This document shows, one piece after another, positions 21,466 through 35,192 of a stretch of DNA of 64,000 bases. Under the pieces are notes generated by a model that made no database searches, was not told the origin of the DNA, and saw only the letters and a list, made by a program, of their open reading frames with translations. The translations under genes and the position numbers were made by a program. The stretch spans positions 19,160,001 to 19,224,000 of the forward strand of contig NC_086109.1 of the NCBI RefSeq assembly GCF_963921235.1, in the 5' to 3' direction. The DNA comes from Mobula hypostoma. Its lineage: Eukaryota. Each line of letters starts with the position of its first letter. The first letter of the stretch is position 1.

Positions 21466-24400
21466 CAAACACCAGGATAGCGCCATGGAGTGGCATCAGG
21501 TTCAGCAGGTGTCTTGTCAAAGACAACTTTCTCAGTTTCCGATGTCACATTGCTGACAATGACATGATCATCACTGAGAGGTAGGTCTGGTGACTGTAAT
21601 GTGTTCATCTTGTTGGATGCAGTCGACTCAGGTATGTTCTTCAGCTGACTATCCAGTATCTGGTCCATATCATGTCTCCATATATGATCTCCAACATCCA
21701 CTCTGTGAATCAGTGATCCAGTTCTTGTAGCTATCCTACTGGGTGGGTGTTTACTTTTTTCCTTGGTAGTTTAACGCTAGGACATTCTGCCCAACCTCAA
21801 AGCTCCTTGCTGATTTACTTAGCAAATGGCTGACCTGCTTATTCTGCAACACAAAGTAATCTGCAGATGCTGGGGTCAAAGCAACACTAACTTCTGGTAA
21901 TTCTCTCCCCCTCCCTTCCCCTATCCCTATGTCACTCTGCCCCCTCCCCCAGCTGTCTATCACCTCCCTCATGGTTCCACCTCCTTCTAGTACCCATTGT
22001 GTTTTCCCCTATTCTTTCTTCACCTTTCCTTTCTATCACCTCCCTGCCTCCCCTCCCCCACCCCTTTATCTTTCCCCTTACTGGTTTTTCACCTGGAACC
22101 TACCAGCCTTCTCCTTCCCACCCTCCCCCCACCTTCTTTATAGGGCCTCTGCCCCTTCCCTCTACAGTCCCTAACCCTCTACAAACCTCTCAGCTAACCC
22201 ATTTGCTGCTGGGTGGTGAGGAGCTGACTTGAAATGTTTGATGCCATTTTTCTTCATGAATAGTCTGAATTCTTCTGATGTATATTGTGGTCTGCTGTCA
22301 CTCACAATTTGTTTGGGAAGTCATTCCTGGAGAAGATAGTCCTAAGAGTGGAAACAGTCTTTTCTGATGTGGTTGACTTCATTGGTATGACTTCAGGCCA
22401 TTTCAAATGAGCATCTACAGCAATTGGAAACATAGAGTTCATGAATGGTCCAGCAAAGTCAATGTCCACTCTTTGTCATGGTGAAGACAGTCACTCCCAT
22501 ACTGAACATACTGAACAGCTTTGGGTCAAGTCTTCAATCTGTCTATCTATTCCCTGTCACTACACATAGTTCCAGTCGGGATTTTTCAGTATGACTCTGC
22601 CCAGGTGTCCTTCATACAGATTCTCTAACACTCTGGTGCGCAGTTTAAAGGGAACCATAACACGAAATCCACACATCAGTGTTCTTTGACATACTGATAG
22701 TTGGTCCCATCTCACTAAGAACATAGGGTTACCATGGGCTGGCCATCCTTGCATGATGATATCATAGACTTCTGACAATGTCGGACCACTCCTTGCTTCC
22801 CCTTGTATTTCTGAATTTGTTACCAGGAGCTGGTCCACCAGTGTTGTGTGGAACACTTCTGCTGGGTCACAGAATAAATACTTTTCTTCTTCAGTTGCCA
22901 ACAGTGGAAGCATTGCTGTGTTGTTTTGTACCCTTGAACTCTACGCCGTAAGAGTGGACTACTAGGTAGAGTGCCCAACGTTGCAACGGGGTAGCAGACA
23001 TCACTGGGATTCCTTTCCTGGGATTAAAAATGGGCATGAAGGCCTGGTGGTCTGTCACTCGAGTAAACTTTTGTTCATAGAGTTAGTGGTGTAACTTTTT
23101 TATTCCCCATACTAGACTGAGGTCCTCTCAGTAGATCTGCGCATAGTTGCATTCTGCATTTGTCAGTGGTCTTAAAGAAAATGCAATTCGTCCTTCATAG
23201 TGTATGTCAAGACAGCACCAATGCCATAAGGGGATGTAGCGCATGCCAGTCTGATAGGCAGAGACGGGTGAGCAGTTCATCGGATGTTATTAATCTCTTT
23301 GTTTCCTTGAATGCTCTTTCACATCTTTCTGACCACTCCCACTTTGCTCCTGTCTGCCACAGTATGTTCAATAGGTGCGGAACTGTCTCAATGTTTTGGA
23401 GAAACCAGTGGTTGTAGTTTTCAAGGCCTAGGTATGACCTGAGTTGTGACACATTTTTTGGTTTCAGTGCCTACAGCACTGCTTCAGTCTTCTATGTTAC
23501 TTATGTAAGACATACTTGTCAATGACATAAACATAATCTGAGATTTCTTTCTTGAAAAGCTCACATTTGTCTCTCTTTGCATGCAGACTATACACACTCG
23601 GCCTGGTAAGTACTTTACCAAGGTTCTGGAGGTGCTCTCCGTCATTCTTACCAGTCACAAAGATGTCATCAAGGTAACATTGTGTTCCTGGGATATCTTG
23701 GAGCACTTGGTCCATTGTTCTCTGCCAAATGGCTGGAGCTGATGTGACGCCAAAGACGAGACAATTATTCTGGAAAAGGGTTGATTGTGAGGAGCTTCCT
23801 GCTTGGCTCCTCGATCTCCATTTGCAGATAGGCCTGTGACAAGTCAATCTTTGAAAATCTGTCTATCTGCCTGCCAAAGGTGCAAAAATGTCTTCTATTT
23901 GTGGCAGGGGATACTACACAGTAAGCAGCACAGGGTTGTTGCACACTTCGAAATCCCGGCGTATGCAGACAGTTCCAGCCATCCCTTTCTTGATCACCGG
24001 GACAATGAGTGTGCCCAATCACTCCGCACACTGCTCCACCTTGGAGAGAATGCCAGATGCTTCCAAGTTCTGAAGATTAGCATCCACTGTAGGACATAGG
24101 ACGTCGGTGTTGTTGCTTCACCCAGTTCAATTCTGGCCTTCATGTCATTGAGTTTACCAATACCTTCCTCCAGCACCTGTTCATTAGCATGAAGCAGCTG
24201 TGACAGTCTCTAGTTAGTGCTACCGTTTGGGCTGCAGTTGCCTGTTGATGCCAGATTGCCTATTGCCTGTTAATACCAGATTGAGAGCTTCGATTGTATG
24301 CCAGTCTAGCTGGATTTTTCTCAACCATTCATCTCTGAAAAGTGTTGACCCTCCACTTTTCAACACATAAAGCTCTAACTGCTGTGTTTTGCCTCCGTAT

Positions 24401-25350
24401 GTCACATTCAGTTTCAGTTTGCCTTGGGAGACAATTTCGCCTGTGCAGATTTTTAGCATCACTGAGGTCTTTTCTAAAGGTAGCTTCAAAAGAGTCAATT
24501 GTAGTCAGCCTCTGAAATTATAGATAAAGCAGACCCTCTATCTAACTCTATTTTCGGTTTTACACCAGACATATCTGTTGTGACCCGTATGATTTTGCGA
24601 TCTGCTTCTTAATGGTATATCGTTCTAAGCATGACAGCTCACCTTTGTCAGACTCTGTGTTGTTTGATTCAGATTCAGATTCAGTCACTTCATGCATTTA
24701 TTTAGTTTTGTGTTTGAGACTTTTCACTCTGTGTGGTTTTTTTCTATTTTGGTTGTGCTTTTAATCTGCCTTTCACACTCTCTCTGTGACACTTTATGCA
24801 AACTTTTTTCTTTGAATCAACAGTTATTTGCATCATGGGAGGATTTGCCATATCAATAACATTTTTGGCTTTTTGCACTATTCAGGGACATTTCGTGCAT
24901 TTTACATTCTAATCTCTTTTTCTGTAGTTCTAGCACCCATTAAGCTAAGAAGTGTGGAGACTTTCTTTACCTTATCCACACTGTTAGCATTACAATGCTG
25001 TTCAACTGTCTCGATATACGATTCCCAGTCCTCATTAGCACTATCAAATTCATTAATTTTCCCTACTAAGGCCATCATCACATTATTTTTAATTTGCTAG
25101 TTATGTGTCTCTCACTGTTACTCCAATGCCCGTGATGGCCTTCTCCGTATTGGTTCACTCTTCCCTTTTTGCTGTCTCTTTCCCTTGCTCCAGATTCTGT
25201 TGGCTCATAACTATTGGTACAGCTGGTGATACTCATTGACATTCATGTCCACACTCATTGTCAATTTGATGTGGTTGTACATCTACATATCAAATAAATA
25301 AAGGCACGCATTTGGAGGAGAACTTAATGTGTATATTCACCTTGCAAATC
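21466..25350 (-). mobile_element. Decayed Gypsy (Ty3) LTR retrotransposon
   Basis: Minus-strand order gag (LVGKINEFDSANEDWESYIE), protease, RT (FSKIDLSQAYLQM; FGVTSAPAIWQRTMDQVL; CYLDDIFVTG), RNase H (LRSYLGL), integrase (LYEGHLG; HIDFAGPF; KHFKSAPHHPAANG). Many frameshifts. Possible 5' LTR remnant at ~25268-25350. Confidence 0.9.
21846..22172. mobile_element. Penelope-like fragment (inverted pLTR start plus pyrimidine-rich 3' UTR) inserted in the Gypsy integrase
   Basis: ATCTGCAGATGCTGGGGTCAAAGCAACAC followed by AACTTCTGGTAA and a C/T-rich tract that mirrors 48790-49060. Confidence 0.65.
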
Positions 25351-25764
25351 TATGCACATGCGTTAGTTATCAGTCAATAATTAGAGCCAAGAGGAGTCAC
25401 TGCACTGAAAGAAATAGATTTATTTATTACAACTTTGTGGCTCTATTTTTAGATTCCCTTGACTGAGATAATAGCCTTCCAGCTTTTGCTTTCCCAATTC
25501 CACTCAGAACATTCTTAGTCTCCGAATGATCACTTGTCACACTTCTCAGTTCCAGTGAAGAGGAACCAATCTCGCCCAATCTCTCCCCAAAGAGCAAAAC
25601 CCCTAATCTCACTGATTCATTTTGTGTATCTGCCTTGAAGCAGTATCCACTCATAATTATATTGGGTCCCTAAATATCCTAGTCCATCTATCCATGGGAA
25701 TGGAGACACACTGCACACAAAATGCCAGGTATTAACAACAACATTCAGTTCTCAAAGTAATATT

Positions 25765-26210
25765 TAGAGTCATAGGAAACTACAGAAACAGGCCCTTCAG
25801 CCCATCTAGTTCCTGCCAAAACAGTTAAACTGCTCAATGCCTTTGACCTGCACCAGGGTCATAACCCTCCATACCACTCCCATCTATGTACCTATCCAAA
25901 CTTCTTTTAAGTGATGAAATCAAAATTTCATCCACCTCTTGCACTGGCAGCTCATTCCACACTCTCATCATCCTCTGAGTGAAGAAGTTTCCCCTCATGT
26001 CCCCCTTAAACATTTCACCCTTCACCCTTAACCCATGACCTCTAGTTGTAGTTTCACCCAACCTCAGTGGAAAAGGCCTGATTGCATTTATCCTATTTAT
26101 GCCCCTCATAATTTTTTAAACCTCCATCAAATTTCTCCTCAATTGTCTACATTCCAAGGAACAAAATTCTAACTGATCCAATCTTTCCTTATAACACAGG
26201 CCTTCCAAAT
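25765..26210 (-). mobile_element. CR1 LINE 3' fragment
   Basis: ORF 25834-26109: TRGHGLRVKGEMFKGDMRGNFFTQRMMRVWNELP. Confidence 0.85.
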
Positions 26211-27036
26211 TTCTGACATACGTTTGAACTCATGTTCCAATGAGTTAATTTCCAGTTAGCTAGGACAGAGGAATTAATCCTCTTGTGTTTCTTTAGAGAA
26301 AGCTCCAATAGCCCATTGGAGATTATTTCACTGATTTGGTAAATTGCAGTACCCATTTAGTACCCTCAGAAAAAGATGATATACTTAAGTATCTGGAAAT
26401 GGGTTTTTGAAACTATCAGATTCATACTCAAAGCCAAGCATGTGATGCGCCATGCCATAGCTGATAACCTATTTAGAAAAGTGATAGTAAAACGCAAGTT
26501 GACTCAAGTACAATATTCTCCAAGCTCCCACATAAAGAAAGACAGAATTATGAGTAATAGGATGAGAGTTGTTGTTGTACAGAGATGCAGGGAAGAGACT
26601 GGGAGCTTATGGAGCAAAGAGCTTAACCAGGAACAAATGGGTAAAAAGTTTGCAGAAGCAATGCTGTCAAACTTACTGAAGTTAGTGCTTTTGGTGTGAA
26701 TTATGGTTTTATGAAGCTAGGTAGAGAGGCAGGCTGATTTACGAAGTGTGCGCAGTTCGGTTTTATTATTTATGGGTTAAGTCAAAAATGCTGGAAGCAA
26801 AGGCTCTAAAAGTGAAATTATCGGAACAGTAATAACTTTTTCTCCAAGCATAGGGCACCAGTGGCTGAATAATTAGCAGTCTGACTGAAATGTGACTAAA
26901 CTGGGGCAGGACAGCTTTAAGCAGTACACTGCTTTACACTTAAATGTTGATGGTCAGATCCAGTCCACATCATATTTATTGACCCATTGAAACTCTTGCC
27001 TGATTATTTCCCACCAAACTTGTTACACTTTGCAAT

Positions 27037-27408
27037 AAACACAAGAGATTCTGCAGATCCTGGAAATCCAGAGTAACACACACAAAATCCTGGAGGAGCT
27101 CAGCAGATTAGGGAACATCTACGGGGAGGAATAAGGAGGAATAAGGAATAAGGAACATCAGGACTGGGAAGGAAGGGGGGAGAAGCCAAAATAAGGAAGG
27201 GGAGGAGTACAAGCAATCAGGTGATAGGTGAAGCCAGCAGAGGGGGTGTGGGATGACAAAGTGAGATGCTGGGAGGCAATAGGTAGTAAAGGTAGAGGGT
27301 TGAAGAAGAGGGAATCTATTAGGAGAGGAGAGTGGACTATGGGAGAAAGAGAAGGAGGAGAGGCACTGGAGGGAGATGATGGGCAGGTGAGGAGAAGAGA
27401 AAGGGTAA
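27037..27408 (-). mobile_element. Penelope-like 3' end, continued at ~29750-29810 beyond a CR1 insertion
   Basis: pLTR at 27037-27130 followed by a purine-rich tract like 48790-49050. The hammerhead region is replaced by AATAAGG repeats. GGGTAA recurs on both sides of the CR1. Confidence 0.7.
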
Positions 27409-29748
27409 GACCATAAGACCATAAGTTAAAGGAGCAGAAGTCGGTCATTTGGCCCATCGAGTCTGCTCTGCTATTTTATCATGAGCTGATCCATTCTCCC
27501 ATTTAGTCCCACTCCCCCACCTTCTCACTATAACCTTTGATGCCCTGGCTACTCAGATACCTATCAATCTCTGCCTTAAATACACCCAATGACTTGACCT
27601 CCGCTGCTGCCTGTGACAACAAATTCCACAGATTCACCACCCTCTGGCTAAAAAAATTTCTTCACATCTCTGTTCTGAATGGGCGCCCTTCAATCCTTAA
27701 GTCATGCCCTCTTGTACGAGACTCTCCCACCATGGGAAACAACTTTGCCACATCCACTCTGTCCATGCCTTTCAACATTCAAAATGTTTCTATGAGGTCT
27801 CCCCTCATTCTTCTAAACTCCAAGGAGTACAGTCCAGGAGTGGTCAAACGTTCCTCATATGTTAACCCTCTCATTCCCGGAATCATTCTAGTGAATCTTC
27901 TCTGAACCCTCTCCAACGTCAGCACATCCTTTCTTAGATAAGGAGCCCAAAACTGCCCACTGTACTGCAAGTGAGGTCTCACCAGTGTCTTATAGAGCCT
28001 CAACATCACATCCCTGCTCCTATACTCTATTCCTCTAGAAATGAATGCCAACATTGCATTTGCCTTCTTCACTACCGACTCAACCCGGAGGCTAAACTTA
28101 AGGGTATCCTGCACAAGGACTTCCAAGTCCTATTGCATCTCAGAACTTTAAGTTCTCTCCCCATTTAAATAATAGTCTGCCCATTTATTTCTTCTATCAA
28201 AGTGCATAATCATACACTTTCCAACGTTGTATTTCATTTGCAACTTCTTTACCCATTCTCCCAATCTATCCAAGTCTCTCTTCAGTCTCTCCGTTTCCTC
28301 GGCACTACCGGCCCCTCCACCTATCTTTGTATCATCAGCAAACTTAGCCACAAAGCCACCTATTCCATAATCCAAATCATTGATGTACAACATAAAAAGA
28401 AGCAGCCCCAACATGGACCCCTGTGGAACACCACTGGTAACCGGCAACCAACCAGAATGGGATCCCTTTATTCCCACTCTCTGTTTCCTGCCAATCAGCC
28501 AAAGCTCAATCCACGTATGTAACTTTCCCATAATTCCATGGGCTCTTATCTTATTTAGCAGCCTCATGTGCGGTACCTTGTCAAAGGCTTTCTGAAAATC
28601 CAAATACACAAAATCCACTGCATCTCCCTTGTCTAGCTTTCTTGTAATTTCCTCAAAAAATTGCAATAGGTTTGTCAGGCAGGATCTTCCTTTCAGGAAA
28701 CCATGCTGAGTTCTGCCTATCTTGTCATATGCCTCCAGGTACTCCATAACCTCATCGTTGACAATCGACTCCAACAACTTCCCAACCACCGATGTCAAGC
28801 TAACAGATCTATAATTTCCTTTTTGCTTCCTTGCCCCCTTCTTAAATAGCAGAGTGACATTTGCAATCCTCCAGTCCTCCGGAGCCATGCCAGAATCTAT
28901 TGACTTTTGAAAGATCATTGCTAATGCCTCCGCAATCTCCACAGCTACTTCCTTCAGATCATGAAGGTGCATTCCATCTAGTCCAGGAGATTTATCTACC
29001 CTTAGACTATTCAGCTTCCTGAATACTTTCTCTGTCGTAATTGTGACTGTGCACACTTCTCTACCTTTGAGTGTCTGGTATACTGCTGATGTCTTACTTA
29101 GTGAAGACTGATGAAAAATACTCAATCAATTCCTCCGCCATCTCCTTATCTCCCATTACAATTTCTCCAGCATCATTTTCTATCAGTTCTATATCTACTG
29201 TCACCTGTCTTTTATTCTTTATATACTTGAAAAAGGTTTTAGTATCCTCTTTGATATTATTTGTTAGCTTCCTTTATAGTTCATCTTTTCCCTCTTAATG
29301 ACCTTGTTAGTTTCCTTTTGTAAGCTTTTAAAAACTTCCCAATCCTCTGTCTTCCCACTAATTTTTGCTTCCTTGTATGGCCTCTCCTTTGCTTTAACTT
29401 TGGCTTTGACTTCTCGTCAGCCACCGTTGCATCCTTTTTCCATTCAAAAATTTCTTCTTTTTTGGAATATATCTGTCTTGCACCTTCCTCGCTTCTCACA
29501 TAAACTCCAGCCACTGCTGCTCTGCCATCCTTCCCGCTAGTGTCCCTTTCCAGTCAGCTCTGGCCAGTTCCTCTCTCATGCCACTGTAATTTCCTTTACT
29601 CCACTGAAATACCGACACATTGGATTTCGGCTTCTCTTTCTCAAATTTCACAGTGAAATCAATCATGTTATGATCACTGCCTCCTAAGGGTTCCTTCACC
29701 TCAATCTCTCAATTACCTCTGGTTCATTACACAGTACCCAATCCACTA
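27409..29748 (-). mobile_element. CR1 LINE, second subfamily, 5'-truncated and frameshifted
   Basis: ORFs 29496-29699 (PLGGSDHNMIDF, endonuclease end), 28148-29125 (YLDFQKAFDKVPH, KFADDTKIGG) and 27779-28126. (TCTTATGG)n tail at ~27409-27425. Confidence 0.95.
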
Positions 29749-30009
29749 GTGGGTAATAAGGGAGCGAGAATGGCGAATGGAAAAAAGAGGAAAGAGGGAA
29801 GGGGGATAGCCTTTTGCTCAGGAAGAAATTATGAGCTTGCCATGCTAATGGAAGGTATCATGACCTTCTAAAACCAGGGTGAAGAAACATTGTTAGACAG
29901 CATGGTGTCACAGCAAAAGAGAAGGGTACACTTCCCAAAGGGTGGGTTAAAAGTGTGATGCAGTGAACCCTTTCCCCTTGCCTAGTGGATTCTCACAAGT
30001 TTGTATCAT

Positions 30010-30145
30010 AAGTACAAGAGATTCTTCAGATACTAGAAAACTTGAGCAATACACACAAAATATTGGAGGAACTGAGCAAGTCAGGTAGGACATATGGAAG
30101 GGAATAAACAGTCATTGTTTCAGACCCAGATCCTTCATCAGGACA
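30010..30145 (-). mobile_element. Solo Penelope-like pLTR with hammerhead core
   Basis: Minus strand reads GTC-CTGATGA-AGGATCTGGGTCT-GAAA-CAAT-GACTG, then the pLTR body. Confidence 0.75.
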
Positions 30146-30360
30146 TTTAGAAATGTGAATGGAGCACTGCAGAAGGATATTTACGTTGCAAAAGGATAAT
30201 GTATGTTAGGTATATTAAAGTTAAATTGCAACACCATGTATGATAAATATGAAAAAAGAGGTACCCAAATCCTGATGTTAATTTGAAAGTTGAAGCCTTC
30301 AGTAAAAGGTATTCTATTTGTACCATTACCTCTGTTTATCTGTCTTTTCTCTGAGTATCG

Positions 30361-30695
30361 TCACTTTATCATGGCGGAGAGGCTTGTGAATTTGGGAGAT
30401 CCCAAGAACGATGCTGTCTGAAACTTAGCTTCTGGTAGTGTCACCATAGTGGTAAGGTCAAGGGGAAAGTTCCAAACTATGAGTAATGCATCCAAGACCT
30501 CAATGGTGGAATTGATGGTAGTGAAGGCAGAGGAAGGCGGCGGCAATGAAGGGTCCCCAGTTGTCTTGCATTCTATGCCACTGAACCCTGACCCCTGTGA
30601 AAGACCGTGTGATGGCTGTCTGTGCATCAGGCTCCCTATGTTAAACAAACTCACGCACTGGCATTCTCCATTAAGGGAGTAACCCTTTGGGAGAA
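30361..30695 (+). mobile_element. RTE (Expander/Rex3-like) 5' UTR-derived short element
   Basis: GGAGAGGCTTGTG...CTTAGCTTCTGGTAGTGTCACCATAGTGGTAAGGTCAAGGGGAAAGTTCCA, related to the 5' part of 15455-15850. Confidence 0.5.
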
Positions 30696-31632
30696 TATCA
30701 TACCCAGCTTGAGTGATTGCACTACTAGTATCTAAGTCTGATCCTCCATTCAATCAAATGATTGTTCTTCACCCTAAGTTGATTTTTGCAATTCATCCAT
30801 GTCCCTTGATAAGCACACTAAATCAATATTAGTCCCAATAATTTCCATTGACGTAAGTTGAAAGAATTTCCACCATCCGCAGCTCAAACAGATGACTCCT
30901 AAAATGGTTCCCAATTTTACTCGTGGTTAGGCTTTGCTATTTTTGATACAGATTTCGCCACCAGAAAAAAATAGTTTAAATCTACTTACTCCATAAAAGC
31001 ACTTAAAATAAAAGATTAGATAAGCTCTTAGGTTCTTAAACAAATGAATGCAAGATCTTTTTATGCAATTTGCCCTTGCGATTTAATCCTTTAAGTGGTG
31101 ATGTAATTTATCTTGCATATAATTTACATTAAGACGCTATAAACAGTAAATGAATCTTTGCGCTGTAGCTTGGTTTGTATCTAAATGTGAACTGTAATGC
31201 TGAGCAGCAAAGAGTGACCTTTGATTTTTGTTCAAGTGTATACAGACTACCTTATATGGGACCTACAAGCTGAGGCAGTTCGTGCAAGTAATAGTGTTTA
31301 AAACTAATACTTCACCTTCATCAGCACAAAGTTACTTTTAAATTGAGAGAAACTTTCAAGTAAACAAGTCATGCAAAACAAATGGGAATCATAAGCCTGA
31401 CAAAATTATTATTAAGTTCTATGTACAGCAGAAAACACCTAGACCTAAGCTATTATGAGCTTCATAATGGAGAAAAGGAAGACATATTGATTCTGTTAAA
31501 TCTGAGGTGCTTAACAACATAATAAGTGATGGTTATTATAATAAATGAGCAGTATTCTGATTGCATAGTCTAATAGTTTCTGGCCATGATTATTTCCTAC
31601 TGTAGATGACATAAACATAAAGTTTCTTTTTT

Positions 31633-32025
31633 TAGAGTTAAAGAGTCATAGTACACTACAGCACAGAAACAGGCCCTTTAGCCCATCTAGACCATGTTGA
31701 ACTATTATGCTGCCTAGCCCTGTCAACCTACGAGGAATAAGGCTTTACATACTCCACCCATACATGTACCTACACAAAGTTCTCTTAAATGCTAAAATTG
31801 AACACACATCCAACACTTCTGCTGCCAGCTCATTCAACACTCTGATCATCCTCAGAGTGATGTTCCCCCTCATGTTTTTCTTAAACATTTCGCCTTTCAC
31901 CCTTAACCCATGACCTATAGTTTGAGTCTCACCTAACCTCAGTGGTAAAGGCCTGCCTGTATTTACGCTATCCATACTCCTCAAAATTTTGTATATTTTT
32001 ATCAAACCTTCCCTCACTTTCTTCA
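31633..32025 (-). mobile_element. CR1 LINE 3' fragment
   Basis: ORF 31745-32026 (GHGLRVKGEMFKKNMRGN). Same subfamily as 25765-26210. Confidence 0.85.
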
Positions 32026-32090
32026 AGGTGAATGGCTTTAATTAAGAAGATACAGGAGCAGATTTTCCTGAGAGGCTAAATTGGAAAGTT

Positions 32091-33827
32091 AGAAACATAG
32101 AAAATAGAAACATAGAAAATAGGTGCAGGAGTAGGCCATTCGGCCCTTCGAGCCTGCACCGCCATTTATTATGATCATGGCTGATCATCCAACTCAGAAC
32201 CCAGCCTTCCCTCCATACCCCGTGACCCCTGTAGCCACAAGGGCCATATCTAACTTCCTTTTAAACATAGCTAATGAACTGGCCTCAACAGTTTGCTGTG
32301 GCAGAGAATTCCACAGATTCACCACTCTCTGTGTGAAGAAGTTTTTCCTAACCTCGGTCCTAAAAGGCTTCCCCTCTATCCTCAAACTGTGACCCCTCGT
32401 TCTAGACCTCCCCAACATCGGGAACAATCTTCCCGCATCTAGCCTGTCCAATCCCTTTAGGATCTTATACGTTTCAATCAGATCCCCCCTCAATCTTCTA
32501 AATTCCAACGAGTACAAGCCCAATTCATCCAGTCTTTCTTCATATGAAAGACCTGCCATCCCAGGAATCAATCTGGTGAACCTTCTTTGTACTCCCTCTA
32601 TGGCAAGGATGTCTTTCCTCAGATTAGGGGACCAAAACTGCACACAATACTCCAGGTGTGGTCTCACCAAGGCCTTGTACAACTGCAGTAGTACCTCCCT
32701 GCTCCTGTACTCGAATCCTCTCGCTATAAATGCCAGCATACCGTTCGCCTTTTTCACCGCCTGCTGTACCTGCATGCCCACTTTCAATGACTGGTGTATA
32801 ATGACACCCAGGTCTCGTTGCACCTCCCCTTTTCCTAATCGGCCACCATTCAGATAATAATCTGTTTTCCTATTTTTGCCACCAAAGTGGATAACTTCAC
32901 ATTTATCCACATTAAATTGCATCTGCCATGAGTTTGCCCACTCACCCAACCTATCCAAGTCACCCTGCATCCTCTTAGCATCCTCCTCACTGCTAACACT
33001 GCCACCCAGCTTCGTGTCATCCGCAAACTTGGAGATGCTGCATTTAATTCCCTCATCCAAGTCATTAATATATATTGTAAACAACTGGGGTCCCAGCACT
33101 GAGCCTTGCGGTACCCCACTAGTCACCGCCTGCCATTCTGAAAAGGTCCCGTTTATTCCCACTCTTTGCTTCCTGTCTGCTAACCAATTCTCCACCCACA
33201 CCAATACCTTACCCCCAATACCATGTGCTTTAAGTTTGCACACTAATCTCCTGTGTGGGACCTTGTCAAAAGCCTTTTGAAAATCCAAATATACCACATC
33301 CACTGGTTCTCCCCTATCCACTCTACTAGTTACATCCTCAAAAAATTCTATGAGATTCGTCAGACATGATTTTCCTTTCACAAATCCATGCTGACTTTGT
33401 CCGATCATTTCACCGCTTTCCAAATGTGCTGTTATCACATCCTTGATAACTGACTCCAGCAGTTTCCCCACCACCGACGTTAGGCTAACCGGCCTATAAT
33501 TCCCCGGTTTCTCTCTCCCTCCTTTTTTAAAAAGTGGGGTTACATTAGCCACCCTCCAATCCTCAGGAACTAGTCCAGAATCTAACGAGTTTTGAAAAAT
33601 TATCACTAATGCATCCACTATTTCTTGGGCCACTTCCTTAAGCACTCTGGGATGCAGACCATCTGGCCCTGGGGATTTATCTGCCTTCAATCCCTTCAAT
33701 TTACCTAACACCACTTCCCTACTAACATGTATTTCGCTCAGTTCCTCCATCTCACTGGACCCTCTGTCCCTTACTATTTCTGGAAGATTATTTATGTCCT
33801 CCTTAGTGAAGACAGAACCAAAGTAAT
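32091..33827 (-). mobile_element. Young CR1 LINE, 5'-truncated (copy 3); uninterrupted RT frame from 32194 to ~33827
   Basis: 556-aa ORF almost identical to copies 1 and 4; its first ~12 aa are flank read-through. Tail AGAAACATAG repeats at 32091-32120. Confidence 0.97.
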
Positions 33828-34204
33828 ATCTAAATATTAAAGTTATATCTAAAATTATTCCCATCCATCCACCTATTTTGGCAACATTTATTTTCCCTTA
33901 AGTTTTTATCAATTGCACTGTCATACAGGTGGGTGTAATATTTGTCTCAAATGCTTGATAATTTATCTTAATCATCAGGACCTGCGTAAAATGTGCAAAC
34001 CAAGCCACTTCCTCTATCTGACATTTTTAAAGCTATGCAGCTACCATCCATGACATGAGGCCAATGGGGTGCAGTTTCTGCTTTTGCCGGGCAATTAGTA
34101 ATCTAGGCACAACTGTGACAAGATTTACAAAGTGAAGTTACATTACAAATACCATCAAATCTCATCGACATTTTTAAAAAATTCAAGAACCCATACAACC
34201 CAGC

Positions 34205-34330
34205 GTTGATGAAGGGTCCCAGACCTAAAGCATTGACTGTTTGAATTTCACAGATACTGCCTGGCCTACTGAGTATTTCTAACCATTTCTGTTTTTATTT
34301 CAGACTGGCTGCATCTGCAGTTGTTTTTTT
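34205..34330 (+). mobile_element. Old Penelope-like pLTR
   Basis: TTGATGAAGGGTCCCAGACCTAAAGCATTGACTG...GATACTGCCTGGCCTACTGAG...GCATCTGCAG. Confidence 0.6.
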
Positions 34331-34699
34331 TATTTTCAGTTCAGATCTTTAATTGATTTTGATTTTGCATTAAGAAGTATTTACTAACGTATTAAAGAGA
34401 GGTAATGTAATGCAATTACAGGACTTACTTTCTCCTTGGTCCTCTCTCTCTACCTTTCATTTCACCTTCTTTCTTTCTCATTTTCCATCCTGTCTTTGCT
34501 GCCACCAACTTCTGCTTAAGTTCAAACTGAAAGATCTTTGAAATTGTGTCTCGCCACCTCATTCCTGAATGAGAACTTTATAATATAAATATGTCTCTGT
34601 AGACACCAACTCTACATTTATGCTCTGACAGTTCAGTAAGATTAATAAGGCTGGAAAATGGAAATGTTATCCTGATACATGGAGATGTCACTGGACTAT

Positions 34700-34990
34700 G
34701 GATGGAACAGAACACCAGAACAAAATCGGAGCAGGAGTTCGTCACATGGCCCCTCAAGCCTGTCACAACATTCAATATAATCATAACTGATCTAGACTGG
34801 CCTCAGCTCATCTTCTGTGCCAGTTCCCCATAGTCTTCAATTACCCAGTATTTCAAATATTCATCTATCTTCACCTTAAATATTTCCAGTGATCTGGTCT
34901 CCACCACCCTCAGGAGCAAAGAATTTGAGGGATTCACTACCCTCTGAGAAAATAGATTTCTAAACCCCTCAGTTTTAAATGATCAGTGTC
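34700..34990 (-). mobile_element. Old CR1 3' fragment
   Basis: GGAGCAGGAG...GGCCCCTCAAGCCTG...ATTCAATATAATCATAACTGATCT terminal signature and GATTCACTACCCTCTGAG (minus: SQRVVN). Confidence 0.65.
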
Positions 34991-35029
34991 TTTTGAGAAG
35001 GCAGATACGTTTTGTTCACACAAGAATAA

Positions 35030-35192
35030 ACCAAGAGATTCTGCAGATGGCTGGAAAGCACATGAAATGTGAGAGGAACTCAGCAGGTCAGGCAGCATCT
35101 ATGGAGAGGAATAAACTGTTGATGTTTTAGACCAAGACCTTTCAAGTCCTGGTGAAGCATCTCAGCCTGAAATGTTGACAGTTTATTCCTTG
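35030..35192. mobile_element. Fold-back Penelope-like pLTR pair
   Basis: GGAATAAACTGTTGATGTTT...AAATGTTGACAGTTTATTCC form inverted arms around degenerate hammerhead halves. Confidence 0.65.
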